Assembly: GCF_006345805.1 (NCBI RefSeq)
Contig: NC_043002.1
Coordinates: 59,024,001-59,088,000, forward strand
Source: Octopus sinensis
Taxonomy: Eukaryota
Reading direction: 5' to 3'
Length of the DNA: 64,000 bases
Shown here one piece after another: positions 14,000 through 26,630 of the stretch. A model generated the notes under the pieces. The model saw only the letters and a program-made list of their open reading frames with translations, ran no database searches and was not told the DNA's origin. Position numbers and translations under genes: made by a program. The first letter of the stretch is position 1, and every line of letters begins with the position of its first letter.

Positions 14000-15622
14000 T
14001 GAAAAATCAACGAAAATGCATATTGCAGATAGAAAAAGGCTATTTATGACAGGTAGTGACAAATATATACATTTAGATTGACTGAGGTAGTAATACGAGT
14101 CATAAAGGTCATTATTATGAGATGATTATAAGATGATAATAATAATAAAGTAAAAGAACAAAACGAACCAATTGGTTTACGCAAAGGCTATTCATCGTTT
14201 GAACAACACCGGTTAATATACAGTGTCAGGTCTAATAGTTCCTGAGAAAAAAGATTATTTGTAAGGGAGGTAAGTAGTTCTGGAATTAGAGATGTGAGTG
14301 ATGTAGGTAGTGTATAGGGTTTAGTGGTTTAAATTGAAGAGTTAGGTGTTCTGTATTGAGTTGTGTGTTCATATTTAGTTGGGGGAGAAATTTGTTGATG
14401 AAAAATGCCTCTTTATTCAACCTTTGTTGCATTGTGATGTTATGTGAGCATTTGTAAAAGGGAAATATTTGGAAATTGGGATTAAGATTCCTGGTACATC
14501 TTTCTATGTGTTCACTCACCTTTAACTATCTGTATTGAGGGTGACGGATTTGCTCTTTGTAAATGGTGATTCTTTGACGGAGCAAAATTCCTGTTTGTCC
14601 AATATAGAGTTTACCACATCCTATGCATGTCATGACATAGATTACATTTGCTGAGGCGCAGGTGAAATTTGATTTGATCTTAAATATTTCTCCTTCTTTG
14701 AATTGGAATTCTGAACCTCCAGAAGGTGGGGGCATGTTCCACAGTTAGAACGTCCCCATTTTGTTACTTTTGGCTTAGTAGTTAATGGGTAAAGTCTAGC
14801 GCTGGTTAATATTCTTTTCAGTGACTTCGGTTGCTTTTTGCTTTTAATAATTTTATATGAGCTTAAAATTTCTTTCATTGTTTTGTCTGCTGTGAGGATG
14901 GGAAGGTTTTGAGTGATGATGTTGAAGGCTTCGTTGTTTTTGGGGTTATGTGTGGAGATGTACGGGAGTATTTTTAAGTCTTGTTTAGTATTTCGGCTAG
15001 TTTTCCTTAATCTTTGTATATCTATTCCCTTAGCTCTTTTGATGCTTCCATTTACTAATGAGATTGGGTAGTGTCTTTTAATTAGTGTAGATCTAAGTTC
15101 AAGGAGTCTATGTTCACGAGTGTATGTATCGGAAACTATGGTGCAGATTCTTTTTGATAGGTTAAGGGTATGTTGATTTTTATGTGTTTGGGGTGGCAGG
15201 AGTTAAATAATAGGTATTGTTTAGAGTCTGTGGGTTTATAAAGGATGTCTGTTTCTATGTGGTTGTTGACTATTCTAATTAAGATGTCTAGAAAAGGTAG
15301 TTGCTTACTGTTGTGTTCCATAGTGAATTGTATATTGCTGTGTATGTTGTCGAGCATTCTTTTGAAATCAAGGAGTTGATCCATGCTATCTTGCCAAAGT
15401 ATGAAGCAATCATCTAAATATCTCTTCCAGTTCTCCTTTAAGTAGCAATTGAAAGAGGCGCCATATTTTTCTAGTGATGATTGGTATAACTTAAGTTCGT
15501 GGTAACCCATTACGAGGTTTGCAATCACTGGAGCAGCTCTGGTCCCCATTGCAATTCCACATTTCTGTCGATAGTAAGTAGTATCGAACAAGAAATGATT
15601 GTTCAACAGGACGAATTTCAGT

Positions 15623-15626
<4 letters not shown>
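14000..15626 (-). mobile_element. 5'-truncated Penelope-like element (RT + GIY-YIG), frameshifted
   Basis: RT motifs GIAMGTRAAP, WKRYLDDCF, LPFLDILI, SCHPKH; linker CGTC; GIY-YIG VIYVMTCIGCGKLYIGQTG; end LPQLN. The lower boundary is approximate. Confidence 0.92.
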
Positions 15627-15674
<48 letters not shown>

Positions 15675-16132
15675 CATGTGATCACATGAGTTACCAGACT
15701 ATTTGTACTTGTTATTCATTGCTGGTCACAATGCACTTTACATCATTTTAGCTCTTGAATGGTGCCACCCCCACTGGTTTGGTTGGTGGGGGGGCAGGCC
15801 AACATTCCCCAGATCAGAAGGCTATTCCATTGTAGGTCACTTTAGCTGTGTGACAAGGAGCTCCATCTTCCATAAATCTTCTTTAATCATTCCACCACTG
15901 GAGAAGATTGGAAAGAGTCCTTTCTGCAATATGGACATACATACACTCATGCAGACATACATAGAAAAATGGTTGAGACTGTTTTGTATCTTGGCAAAGA
16001 ATAACAAGCAGTGAAATACCAAAAAGGGAGCTTGTACATGGTAACTCAACCAGCTAGAAATAGCAACAAAATCTCCCCTCAGCTCATACCTTACTATCTT
16101 TAAAGATTGAGAAAGGACACTGTACTTCTAGA

Positions 16133-16594
16133 TCTTTTCTTTACTTGTTTCAGTTGTTGGTTTCTGGCCATGCTGGAGCACCACCTTCAAGGGCTTGATT
16201 AAATAAATTGATGCTAGTACTTGTTTTTTTATATTTTTTTTATAAGTCTGGTATTTATTTTATCAGTCACTTTTGCTGAACCACTATGTTATAAGGACAT
16301 AGACGAACCAACAGCAGTTGTCAAGTGTGGTGGCGGTGATGGTGGTGATTGGGTGGTGGGACAAACACACATACAAAGACACACAGACTTACATACACAC
16401 ACGCACACTCACTTACACACTTATAGATGGCAGGCTTCAACACAGTTTCAGTTTACCAAATTCACCCACAAGGTTTTGGTTAGCCTAGGGCTGTAGCAGA
16501 AGACACTTGCCCAAGGTGTTAGACTGTGGGATTGAAACTGGAACCATGTGGTAGAGAAGTAAACCGCTTTACTGCACAGCCAAGCCTGTACCTG
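16133..16594 (-). mobile_element. SINE family A
   Basis: Diverged full-length reverse copy. Confidence 0.85.
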
Positions 16595-16679
16595 TATCAC
16601 CATCATTATCACCATCGTTATCATCATCATCATCATCCCCATCATCATTACCAGCACCACCATCATCATCACTATCATC

Positions 16680-16906
16680 TATTTCTTTATTGCCCACAAG
16701 GGGCTAAACATAGAGAGGACAAACAAGGACAGAGAAAGGGATTAAGTCGAGTACATCGACCCTAGTGCGTAACTGGTACTTAATTTATCGACTCCAAAAG
16801 AATGAAAGGCAAAGTGGACCTCGGTGGAATTTGAACTCAGAACATAGCGGCAGACGAAATACTGCTAAGCATTTTGCCCAGCGTGCTAACGTTTCTGCCA
16901 GCTCGC
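16680..16906 (-). mobile_element. SINE family B (alternative tail)
   Basis: Reverse complement of the 13690-13925 type copy. Confidence 0.85.
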
Positions 16907-17802
16907 TATCATCATCATTGTCACCATCATCACCACCATTATCATCATCACCATCAGCGTCATCGTTGTCATCATTACCACCACCATCACCATCATCATT
17001 ATCCCTATCATCATCATCATCACTATCGTCGTCATCCTCATCACTGTTGTCATCATCATCATTATCATTACCACCACCACCACCACCATCCTCATTGTCA
17101 TTTAATGCATGACTAGCTTCTTTTAGTTTCCATCTGCCAAATCCACTCACAAGGTATTGGGTAGCTCAGGGCTATAGTAGAAGACACTTTACCCAAGGTG
17201 CTGCACGGTAAGACTGAACCCAAAACCATGTGATTGGGAGGTAAGCTTCTTAACCACACAGCGACACCTGCACTTACACAACTGTCTATATTTCTATTCA
17301 ATGTCTCTTTAGTGCAATAAGCATAAAAACATGTTTTGTATTAAAAAAAGAAGATATTTTCAGCTATCAATTAATTAATTAACGTGTAATGAATGTACGA
17401 ATATTTGCTTTACTGAATGTTAGACCATGTAACCTGTCCTGCAACTACCAAGTTAAATTCCCAACAAATATCAGATTCTTGTTTTATGTGTTGTTTTTAT
17501 CTGGTCTTATCTGTGTGTTTTTTTTAATTTTCTTTTACTATTTGGTCCCATCTTTATGTTTAACCACAGACTGGTGCTAATTGTGAAATTGATATATTTC
17601 ATCATCATCATCATCATCATTATCATTGAGGTGGTGAGCTGGCAGAATTGTTAATGCTTGGGGCAAAATGCTTGCCGGTATTTCATCTTGCTTTACATTT
17701 GTGATGGTGAATAGCTCAAACATTTGATCATCACACTATACAAGTAATTTGTGCAGGCTTTTCAGCAGGAAATTGCAGAACGATCTTTTACTGTCTATGA
17801 GG

Positions 17803-17958
17803 TGGTTGGCATTAGGAAGGGCATCCAGCTGTAGAAACCTTGCCAAATCAGACTGGAGCCTGGTGCAGACTCCTGGATTGCCAGCCCTCAGTCAAACCAA
17901 ACCATCCAACCCATGCCAGCATGGAAAGTGGACGTTAAACAATGATCATGACGATGAT
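17803..17958 (+). mobile_element. RTE 3' terminal fragment
   Basis: ttaggaagggcatccagctgtagaaac...ccatgccagcatgg...(gat)n. Confidence 0.85.
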
Positions 17959-18009
17959 GAGAAACTACCATCAAATTTATATAGACATCTATCTATCAAT
18001 ATGTCAGTG

Positions 18010-18042
<33 letters not shown>

Positions 18043-18663
18043 ATATATATATGTGTGTGTGTGTGTATTTATATATATGTGTGTGTGTGTATATATATAT
18101 ATGATCAAAGGCATTTCAACCGTTAATCTGTTACTAGCTATTTCAGAGACACAATATCATATAGAACTCCATTATTCAAAATGTCCTGTCTTTTTTAAGA
18201 TACTACAGTGTGATTTCAAGGGAAATTTACCAAATGCTTTTTGCAGGTTGAGTGACTCTGCAGAATTATGTTCATTGATCCTTCTTTTTGGTTTATTGTT
18301 GACTAATTTTTGTTAAACCTTGAGGAATGAAAGCCAAACGCTGCCATGGGTCACTTTCCTTTTCTACTTTTCCAACCTCTATCCCACTCCTGTTCTCCTA
18401 TCCCCACTCATATCTACACATCTTGTATCTTTAGCGTCCACCCAGACACCTCATCGCCACCCTATTTTTATCTCTAATCCAACTTTACCCTGGTCCCTCT
18501 CCTACTCTTTCCTCTATAATGCATGAAGCCATGTAGCTCTTTTACAGCAAGAAACTTGTTCTGACCCCTTTTCTCATATCTCAGTCACTTATCTCCTTGT
18601 ATAGAGTCACTTGCATTTCTACAGTAGCACCACTCAGTCATAAAGGTTTCTTAGTTTTGCAAA

Positions 18664-18875
18664 CTACATGGCAACCTCACTAGTGCTGGTGCTAAGAATA
18701 AAAATGCACCTTGTGCATACTGCAGAGTGGTTGGTGTTAGGAAGGGCATCAGCTCGTAGGAACCCATGCCTAAACAGATAATGGAGCACAATGCAGTTCT
18801 TGGAGCTATTGGATCCTGTCAAACCATCCAACCCATACCAGCACGGAACATGAACCTTAACCGATGATGATGATT
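18664..18875 (+). mobile_element. RTE 3' terminal fragment
   Basis: Conserved tail with (GAT)n. Confidence 0.75.
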
Positions 18876-19397
18876 GTTCACATACACATGTATATATATT
18901 TATATATAAATACATATATGCATACACATTCACCAACACACATATACATACATACATACATACATACATACATACATACATACATACATACATACATACA
19001 TACACACATACACGTACATACAAAAGCATACATGTCTTCTAAAATTAGTTGGGTGTGAAATTTCTGTGTATTTTATGAGAAAACTGCTGTGGTGGTGGTG
19101 GTGATGTGTGTGTGTGGGTGTGGCTGTTAACGAAGATGATGTAGAATGAGAGGCACCTTGTTTGAAAAAGATGATAGACAGAGGCGAAAAAGAAGAGAGA
19201 GAGAGAGAAACAGAGAAAGAGACAAGAGAGGAGAATCTGTTTTTTTTTTATTGATTTATTGACAGAAATAATAAACAAATACATTGAGGAACAACTGGAA
19301 CATTGAGCAATATTTCATTAAATTTATTTATCCAATGTTCCTGACACGCCAGACTTGCTACATTCTTTCAATGCTATTTATACAAAGCAACACGATT

Positions 19398-20174
19398 CTT
19401 TTATTCTTTTACTTGTTTCAGTCATTTGACTGTGGCCATGCTGGAATACTGCCTTTAGTTGAACAAATTGACCACAGGACTTATTCTTTGTAAGCGTAGC
19501 ACTTATTCTATCGTTTTAGTATTCTTTTGCCGAACCGCTAAGTTATGGAGATGTAAACACACCAACATCAGTTGTCAAGTGATGGTGGTGGGGACAAACA
19601 CAGACATATAAACATATACACACATGCACACACACACACACACACATATACGATGGACTTCTTTCAGTTTCTGTCTACCAAATCCAGTCATAAGGCTTTG
19701 GTTGGCCCAAGGCTATAGTAGAAGACACTTGCCCAAGGTGCCATGCAAAGGGACTGAACCCGGAACAATGTAGTTGGTAAGCAAGCTACTTACCACACAG
19801 CCACTCCTGCTGGAGTAACACCTTTAGTTGAACAAATTGACCCCAGGACTTATTCTTTGTAAGCCTAGTACTTATTCAATCAGTCTCTTTTGGTGAACCG
19901 CTAAGTTATGGGCACATAAACACACCAGCATTGGTTGTCCAGTGATAATGGGAAGACAAACACACACATATATATATGTATATATATATGTGTGTGTATG
20001 TATATATATATATATGACAGGCTTCTTTCAATTTCCGTTTACCAAATCTACTCACAAAGCTTTGGTTTGCCCAAGGCTATAGTAGAAGACACTTGCCCGA
20101 GGTGCCATGCAGTGGGACTGAACCTGGAACTGTGTGGTTGGGAAGCAAGCTACTTACCACACAGCCATGCCTGC
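19398..20174 (-). mobile_element. Head-to-tail dimer of SINE family A
   Basis: Copy 19398-19810 directly abuts a second, 3'-clipped copy 19811-20174. Confidence 0.85.
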
Positions 20175-20777
20175 ACCTTTTTTTTTAAAATTATATTCTA
20201 GGCCCCTGCTTTTCCTTCTTTGTAGTCCTTTATACTACAGTGGCCCCCAAGCCTTGTTTGGGACAACAACAACAACTTATAACAGCAACAACAAAAGAAA
20301 TTTCTTGAGCAGGTGTCTTCTACTCTAACCCCAGGCTGACCAAAGCCTTGTGAGTGGATTTGATAGATGGAAACTGAAAGAATCCCATTGTACAGATGTG
20401 TGCCTGTAAGGGGTGTCTTTGTATCTGTGTTTTCCCCCCCTCCCCACTGCTTGACAATCAGTATTGGTGTTAATTGGTGAGTTTACATCCCTGTAACTTA
20501 GCAGTTCAGTGAGAGTGACCAATAAAATAAGTACCAGGCTAAAGGGGGGGGGGAGTTCTGGGGCTGATTCATTCGACTAAAAATTCTTTGAAGCAGTGCC
20601 CCAGCATGGCCACAATCTAATGGCTGAAACAAGTGAACGATAAAAGATTAAAGGTAAACTGAAACAGTGTATTTCAGTAGAAAAACAATAAGCAAATGGT
20701 AAACTCGTGGTGCTTATTGCAACTTAACATTTTGAAAATGATGGAGTTGGGGTGGCGCTAGCAGTGATAAGGGAAAA

Positions 20778-21876
20778 TGTAATGTTATTATGAGTCCGAA
20801 TATACTTGATGCAGGTTCAAACTGGGGAACAAGCTACTCACTGCGTTTTGTCATGGAGGATATATCTTGCTTTTTGACAAATGGTGCACACACACATAGA
20901 TCAGCTTGCAGTACCATCTACCTAGACTGTGAGATGCTAGCATTTTGGAGTAGTTATCTCCTCTTTGGTTATAGACACTAAGCAAATGACCCTACAAGCT
21001 GGATTAAGAGATTATCTCTCTTATTCTCTTCCATTCACCGTATGGTGACTGGCAGCACTATACGATGGCTTACCATAGGAAGCGCTAAGCAGTGATAAGG
21101 GACATTGTAATGTTATTATGAGTACGAATATGCATGATGCAGGTTCAAACTGGGGAACAAGCTATTTACTGTGTTTTGTCACAGAGAATATATCTTGCTT
21201 TTTGACAAATGGTATGTATACACCGAGATCAACTAAGGGAGGTAATCTCTTAATCCAGCTCATAGTGTCGTCTGCTTAGTGTCTGTGACCAAAGAGGAGA
21301 TAACTACTCCGAAATGTCAACATCTCATGGTCTATGTAGGTGGCGCTGCAAGCTGATCTATGTGTGTACACACCATTTGTCAAAAAGCGAGATATCTTTA
21401 TATATAAAAGTGAGGTTGTGTGCTGTCTGTCTCCTACGATTTAGATTCCTAACTACTCCCACATTTTGCGGTGCAGTTTAACCAAAACCGGGTATCTTAT
21501 AGTCGTGATTCATATCGAGCCCTTCTGGGTATTAGCGCGCGTCTACGATGAGTCTACGATTTAAAAAAAAATTTACCATCAATTTTTCCCATTTTTAATG
21601 CATTTTTGGCATATATAAGGGAAGTAACTCTCAAAAAATTTATTATTAAATCTCAGAATGTAAAAAGCTACAGTACACCCCCCCCCTTTGTGGTTAGCCA
21701 TATTGAGATGGCTATTATACTTTACATCTCTAAAAATGCTTATATAGTTATTTCCCTTACAAACCCGAGCAACGCCGGGCGATACTGTTAGTATTCTCTA
21801 TAACAAAACGCAGTGAGTAGCTTGTTCCCCAGTTTGAACCTACATCAAGCATATTTGGACTCATAACAACATTGCA
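20778..21876. repeat. Long inverted repeat (arms 20778-21020 and 21237-21876, right arm split by a Helitron), plus an internal partial direct copy about 21083-21230
   Basis: ggattaagagattatctctc vs gggaggtaatctcttaatcc; gcaggttcaaactggggaacaagc vs gcttgttccccagtttgaacctac. Confidence 0.88.
21395..21791 (+). mobile_element. Non-autonomous Helitron
   Basis: 5' A|TC(ttt)atatataaaag; 3' hairpin cccgagcaacgccggg followed by TTAG|T (CTRR variant); no TSD. Confidence 0.88.
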
Positions 21877-21917
21877 ATTTTGAAAATGGTCTCGGTTTAG
21901 CTGTTTGACATTGTAAG

Positions 21918-22306
21918 GGCACAGGAGTGGTTGTGTGGTAAGTAACCCTAACCCTAACCAACCACATGGTTCTGGGTTCAGTCCCACTGCATGGTACCAT
22001 GGGCAAGTGTCTTCTACTATGGCCTCGGGCTGACCAAAGCCTTGTTAGTGGATTTGGTAGACGGAAACTGAAAGAAGCCTATCATATATATATATATGTA
22101 TATCTTTGTGTGTCTGAGTTTGTCCCTCCAACATCGCTTGACAACCAATGGTGGTGTGTTTATGTCCCTCTAACCTAGCACTTCGGCAAAAGTGACCGAT
22201 AGAATAAGTACAAAGAATAAGTCCTGGAGTTGATTTGTTCGGCTAAAGGTGGCGCTCCAGCATGTCTGCAGCCAAATGACTGAAACGAATAAAAGAATAA
22301 AAGAAA
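21918..22306 (+). mobile_element. SINE family A, full length
   Basis: Head to aaaagaataaaag tail. Confidence 0.9.
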
Positions 22307-22374
22307 ATATGCACATGTGTATGTGCACTGTGTGCATGTGTATGTGTGCATGTAAGACCAAATGTGACACCATG

Positions 22375-22545
22375 TAAGAGCACTGAGCACACTCTGTAAA
22401 GTGGTTGGCATCAGGAAAGGCATCCAGCTGTAGAAAACCATGCTGCAACAGACCGGAGTCTGGTGCAGCCTTTCAGCTTACCAGCCCTGGTCAAACCATC
22501 CAACCCATGCCAGCATGGACAATGGACGTTAGATGATGATGATGG
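22375..22545 (+). mobile_element. RTE 3' terminal fragment
   Basis: Conserved tail with (GAT)n. Confidence 0.8.
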
Positions 22546-24025
22546 GTATATATATATGCACATGTGTGCAAATGTATGCCTCTGTATGTGTGTGTGTGTG
22601 TGTGTGTGCGCGTGCATGTGTGTATGTGTGTGTGCATGTAAAACCAAATGCTTGTAAATTTATATTACATGTGTGTATGTATGTCTGTGTGTGTTTATGC
22701 ATGCATTTAAAGCCAAATACATGTATATGTGTGTACATGCGTATGTTTATATATGTGTTTGTGTGTGTGTGTATGTACACACGTGTGCTTTTTCCTTGTG
22801 TATTCATAACAGGGTGGTTTAAAGCAGAAATTTTAAAATAAGGGTTTCATTTATAGAATTAAAAAAAACAAAAATTGATAACTATCTGTCATCATTGATG
22901 AGGATGATGATGGTGGTGGTGGTATTGGTGGTTGTTATGATGATGATGATAGTTGAAATCATATAAGTGGTGGGGTTGTGGCAATGGTGAGAGTATGGTA
23001 GTGGTCATTATGACAACAATGATGATGATGATGTTGTTGATGGTGGCAATTGTGGTCCTGAATGTGGTGGTGGTGTTGTCATAAAGGTGGTGATGGTAGT
23101 GGTTATGATGATGATAATGATGGTGTTGGTGGTGGTGTTGAGGATGATAATGACGATGGGGATGATGATGATGATAATGGTGATGAAGTGGAGGAGGAGA
23201 TGTTAATGAATGGGTTTGTTGAAAAGGGGGCGCTTGCTGTGTGTCAGTGAATTTTTGGTCAAGGAGATTACAACAGCAGCAACAACCACAACAACAGCAA
23301 ACACACAACAACAACAAAGCAATTATTTTTGAATTAAAAAACAAGAACCTTCTAAAAAGAAAATATTCCATTTTCTGAGATCATTGGCACCGTTTCAAAA
23401 GATTGCAATGATTTCTATGAGACAACAGGGGGAAGTTTTGTCAAATACGACAGAACCCACAACGGTGATGCTCTTACAGATAAGGACTGTTTGTTTTAAT
23501 TGTTTCTTTTTTTTGCTTCCCTACCATTTTTTTTTTTTTGTGTACTTCCTTTCAAATAGATGAATTCCTTTATTCATCGTTAATGTATGCAATTGCGATA
23601 CAGTGAAATTAGAGGAATGTGTTTCTCCTTCGTTAAGGAATGTTTAAAGTAACAACACTGGAGGATTTATTTTGAAGATTTTTTTTGAAATCTTGTTTTT
23701 CCCTTTATTTCTATTTTTAGCATGAGATTTGCAGAATAGAAATTGTCAGAGAATTTTGTGGATTAAAGAAAAAAAAGTTCTGCTTTTATTTTGTTTCATC
23801 ACCATCATCACCATCATCATCATCATCAGTGTCATTGTCATCATCATCTTTATCATCATTATATATATATATATATATGTCATCATCATCAACCACCTGG
23901 TTCTAGGTTCAGTCCCACTACATGGCACCTTGGGCATGTCTTCTGCTATAGCCTCAGGTTGACCAAAGCCTTGTGAGTGGATGTGGTAGATGGAAACTGA
24001 AAGAAACCTGTCATACATATATACA

Positions 24026-24400
24026 TCATCATCATTGTTGTTTAATGTCTGCTGTCCATGCTGGCATGGGTTGGACTGTTTGACTGAAGACTGGCAATCC
24101 GGGAGGCTGCACGAGGCTCCGATCTGATTTGGCAAAATTTCTATGGCTGGATGCCCTTCCTAATGCCAACCACTCCAAGGATGTAGTGGGTTCTTTTTAT
24201 GTGCCATCAGTACAGGAGACAGTTAGGTGGCATTGGCATTGACCACAACTGAATGGTGCTTTTTACATGCTACAGGCACAAGTGCCAGTCAGGCAGTACT
24301 GGCATTGGCTACGTTCGAATGGTGCTTTTTATGTGCCAGTTAGGCAGCACTGGCATCAGCCATGACTACGATTTCACTTGGCCCAACAGGTCTTCAGAAG
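24026..24400 (-). mobile_element. RTE 3' UTR fragment
   Basis: (CAT)n followed by ccatgctggcatgg...gatgcccttcctaatgcc and degenerate VNTR units. Confidence 0.8.
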
Positions 24401-24422
24401 CATAGCATATATATATATATAT

Positions 24423-24476
<54 letters not shown>

Positions 24477-24477
24477 A

Positions 24478-24842
24478 ACGGGGCGGTGCTGGCAACGGTC
24501 GGTGGCATGTAAGAGAACCTTCCGTTTCGCGACTGTTGCCAGCACCGCCCCGTTTCATGGCCGTTGCCAGCCTCGCCTGGCCCTTGTGCCGGTGGCACAT
24601 AAAAACCACCATCCGTTCGTGGCCGTTTGCCAGCTCTGTCTGGCACCTGTGCGGGTGGCACGTAAAAAGCACCCACTACACTCACGGAGTGGTTGGCGTT
24701 AGGAAGGGCATCCAGCCGTAGAAACACTGCCAGATTTGACTGGGCCTGATGAAGCCTTCTGGCTTCACAGACCCCAGTAGAACCGTCCAACCCATGCTAG
24801 CATGGAAAACGGACGCTAAACGACGATGATGATGATGATGAT
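24478..24842 (+). mobile_element. Young RTE 3' UTR fragment with about 3 VNTR units
   Basis: Nearly identical to 43610-43921; (GAT)n tail. Confidence 0.88.
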
Positions 24843-25364
24843 TTATATATATATATATATAAAATCAAATGAATAATAACAGACGATGGATAATTATCAG
24901 CTCATTACTGCTGTTTCCTGTGCATTTTTTAATAGAAGGAGAACATTACTCCATTCCAAAAAAACCATAATCATCAGATGAAACATAATTTTACAAACAA
25001 TTCAGAAACATGGCTGAAGTCTGTCGAGGTTGACTATGAAATGGGAGAATGACCAACAAAGTTGGTCATTGTGGGCATTAGAGGGTAGGGTTAAGAATAT
25101 AGTTTGTGAAAGGGTATAATATGATATTTAAGGTCAGCGACCCGTGTGAGATAGAAGTCTGCTAGACTGGTTCTTTGGTAGTCCAGGGGTTGGTTGTAGG
25201 CGATATTTTATTATAATGGGCTATTATCACAGGCTTCTCTAAGCCTAGTATAATAAGATATCACTTACACATCACCCCTGACCTACTAAAGAACCAGTCT
25301 AGCAGACTCCTATCTCATCTGGGTCGCTGACCTTAAATATCATATTACATCCTTTCACAAACTA

Positions 25365-26630
25365 ATGGGTTGACCACTAAGTTCCTGCCATTTTTTAAAA
25401 TTTAAAGTTTTTAATTGGTTTAATAAAAAATAACAACTAATTAATTCACCCTTGTTGTTTACAAATTTTTCCCAGCGTTCAACAAGATTTTCAATATCTC
25501 GCTGGTAGAAATCATCCGATTTCGAGTCAAAAAATATCCAACCAAGCTCTCAATTCTGCATCAGTATTGAATGAAACTCCACGCATAGCATTTGAAAGAG
25601 CGAAAGAGGTGGAAATCCATTGGTGCCAAATCAGGAGAGTACGGTGGGTGTGGCAGCACTTCCCAACCATGCGTTTGAATGGCTTCCTCGGTCATATTAG
25701 CAATATGAGGGCGGGTGTTGTCATGCAGCAGAAGAACTCCATGCTGTTGATTAGGTCTTTTCTCTTGAATAGCCATGTTGAGTCGCTCCATCTGTTGAAC
25801 ATAGACTTTTGTGTTGACCGTTTGGTTCTGTTCAAGCAATTCGTAATGGATAATCCCTTCTCAGACCCACCATACGCACATCGTTTTACGCGGATGAGGA
25901 TCTTGTTTCACGCGTGGTGTTGCTTGTTTACCAGGGCTAAGCCATTCCTTACACTGCTTCATATTGATGTACAGGCACCATTTTTCATCACCAGTAATGA
26001 TTTGGTAAAGAAATCGTTGCTTGTGTCCATGAGTTGAGTGGTGATGAGCAAGCAAACCAGCGGAGATTGTGGCTCGTTGATTTTTGTTGTTGTCACTTAA
26101 AGTATGCGGAATCCATGCTCTATACTTCTGAAACTTTCCCATCGAGTGAAGATGCTTCTCTATAGCAGTGTGGGAGCATTCCATTATCTCCGCCAGTTTC
26201 CTTGTTGTTTGACGAGAATTTTTGTGCAAAAGTTGGTTTAATCGCTCTTCATCGAACTCAACTGGACGGCCAGAACGAGGTGTGTCTTTGAGGTCAAAAT
26301 TTCCATTTTTGAACTTGGCATACCAATCACGAGCTATGGCACCGTCTCCATACACAGCACAAATATTGCAAGCAGCTTTTGTGGCCTTAGAACCTTGATT
26401 AAAAGCAAAAAGAAGGAGGTGTCAAAAATGCTCGTTTTTCTTAACTTGACATTCCATTTTAATGTTGTGAAAATAAACAAAACTTAACTAAAATTAACTA
26501 GAAAGAAAACAAAATATATTCCAAAAGGATTAAAAAATAGAATTCTCAAAAAAAAAAAAGATTCCAAAATTTAAAAACACAATAAATTCCAAAATTTAAA
26601 AAAACCGTGGGAACTTAGTTGCCAACCCAA
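25365..26630 (-). mobile_element. Full-length (1266 bp) degenerate mariner transposon
   Basis: TIRs atgggttgaccactaagttcc / ggaacttagttgccaacccaa; TA duplication at 25363-25364 and 26631-26632. Confidence 0.95.
25430..26457 (-). pseudogene. Mariner DD34D transposase pseudogene
   Basis: ATG at 26457; RSGRP, WIPHTL, GDEKW, HDNTRPH-34 aa-PYSPDLAPMDFHLF; early in-frame TGA and frameshift near 25850. Confidence 0.93.

Noticed and set aside
17570-17596. TGANCEIDI, an EGF-like peptide after a polypyrimidine/cag acceptor
   Set aside because: There is no convincing donor, the frame runs into a (CAT)n repeat and a stop, and no other EGF cysteines are nearby; it is probably chance.
24746-24770. CTGATGA + hairpin in the RTE tail (also at about 43831)
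   Set aside because: No GAAA follows the hairpin, and other copies read ctggtgca here, so it is a subfamily variant and not a hammerhead.
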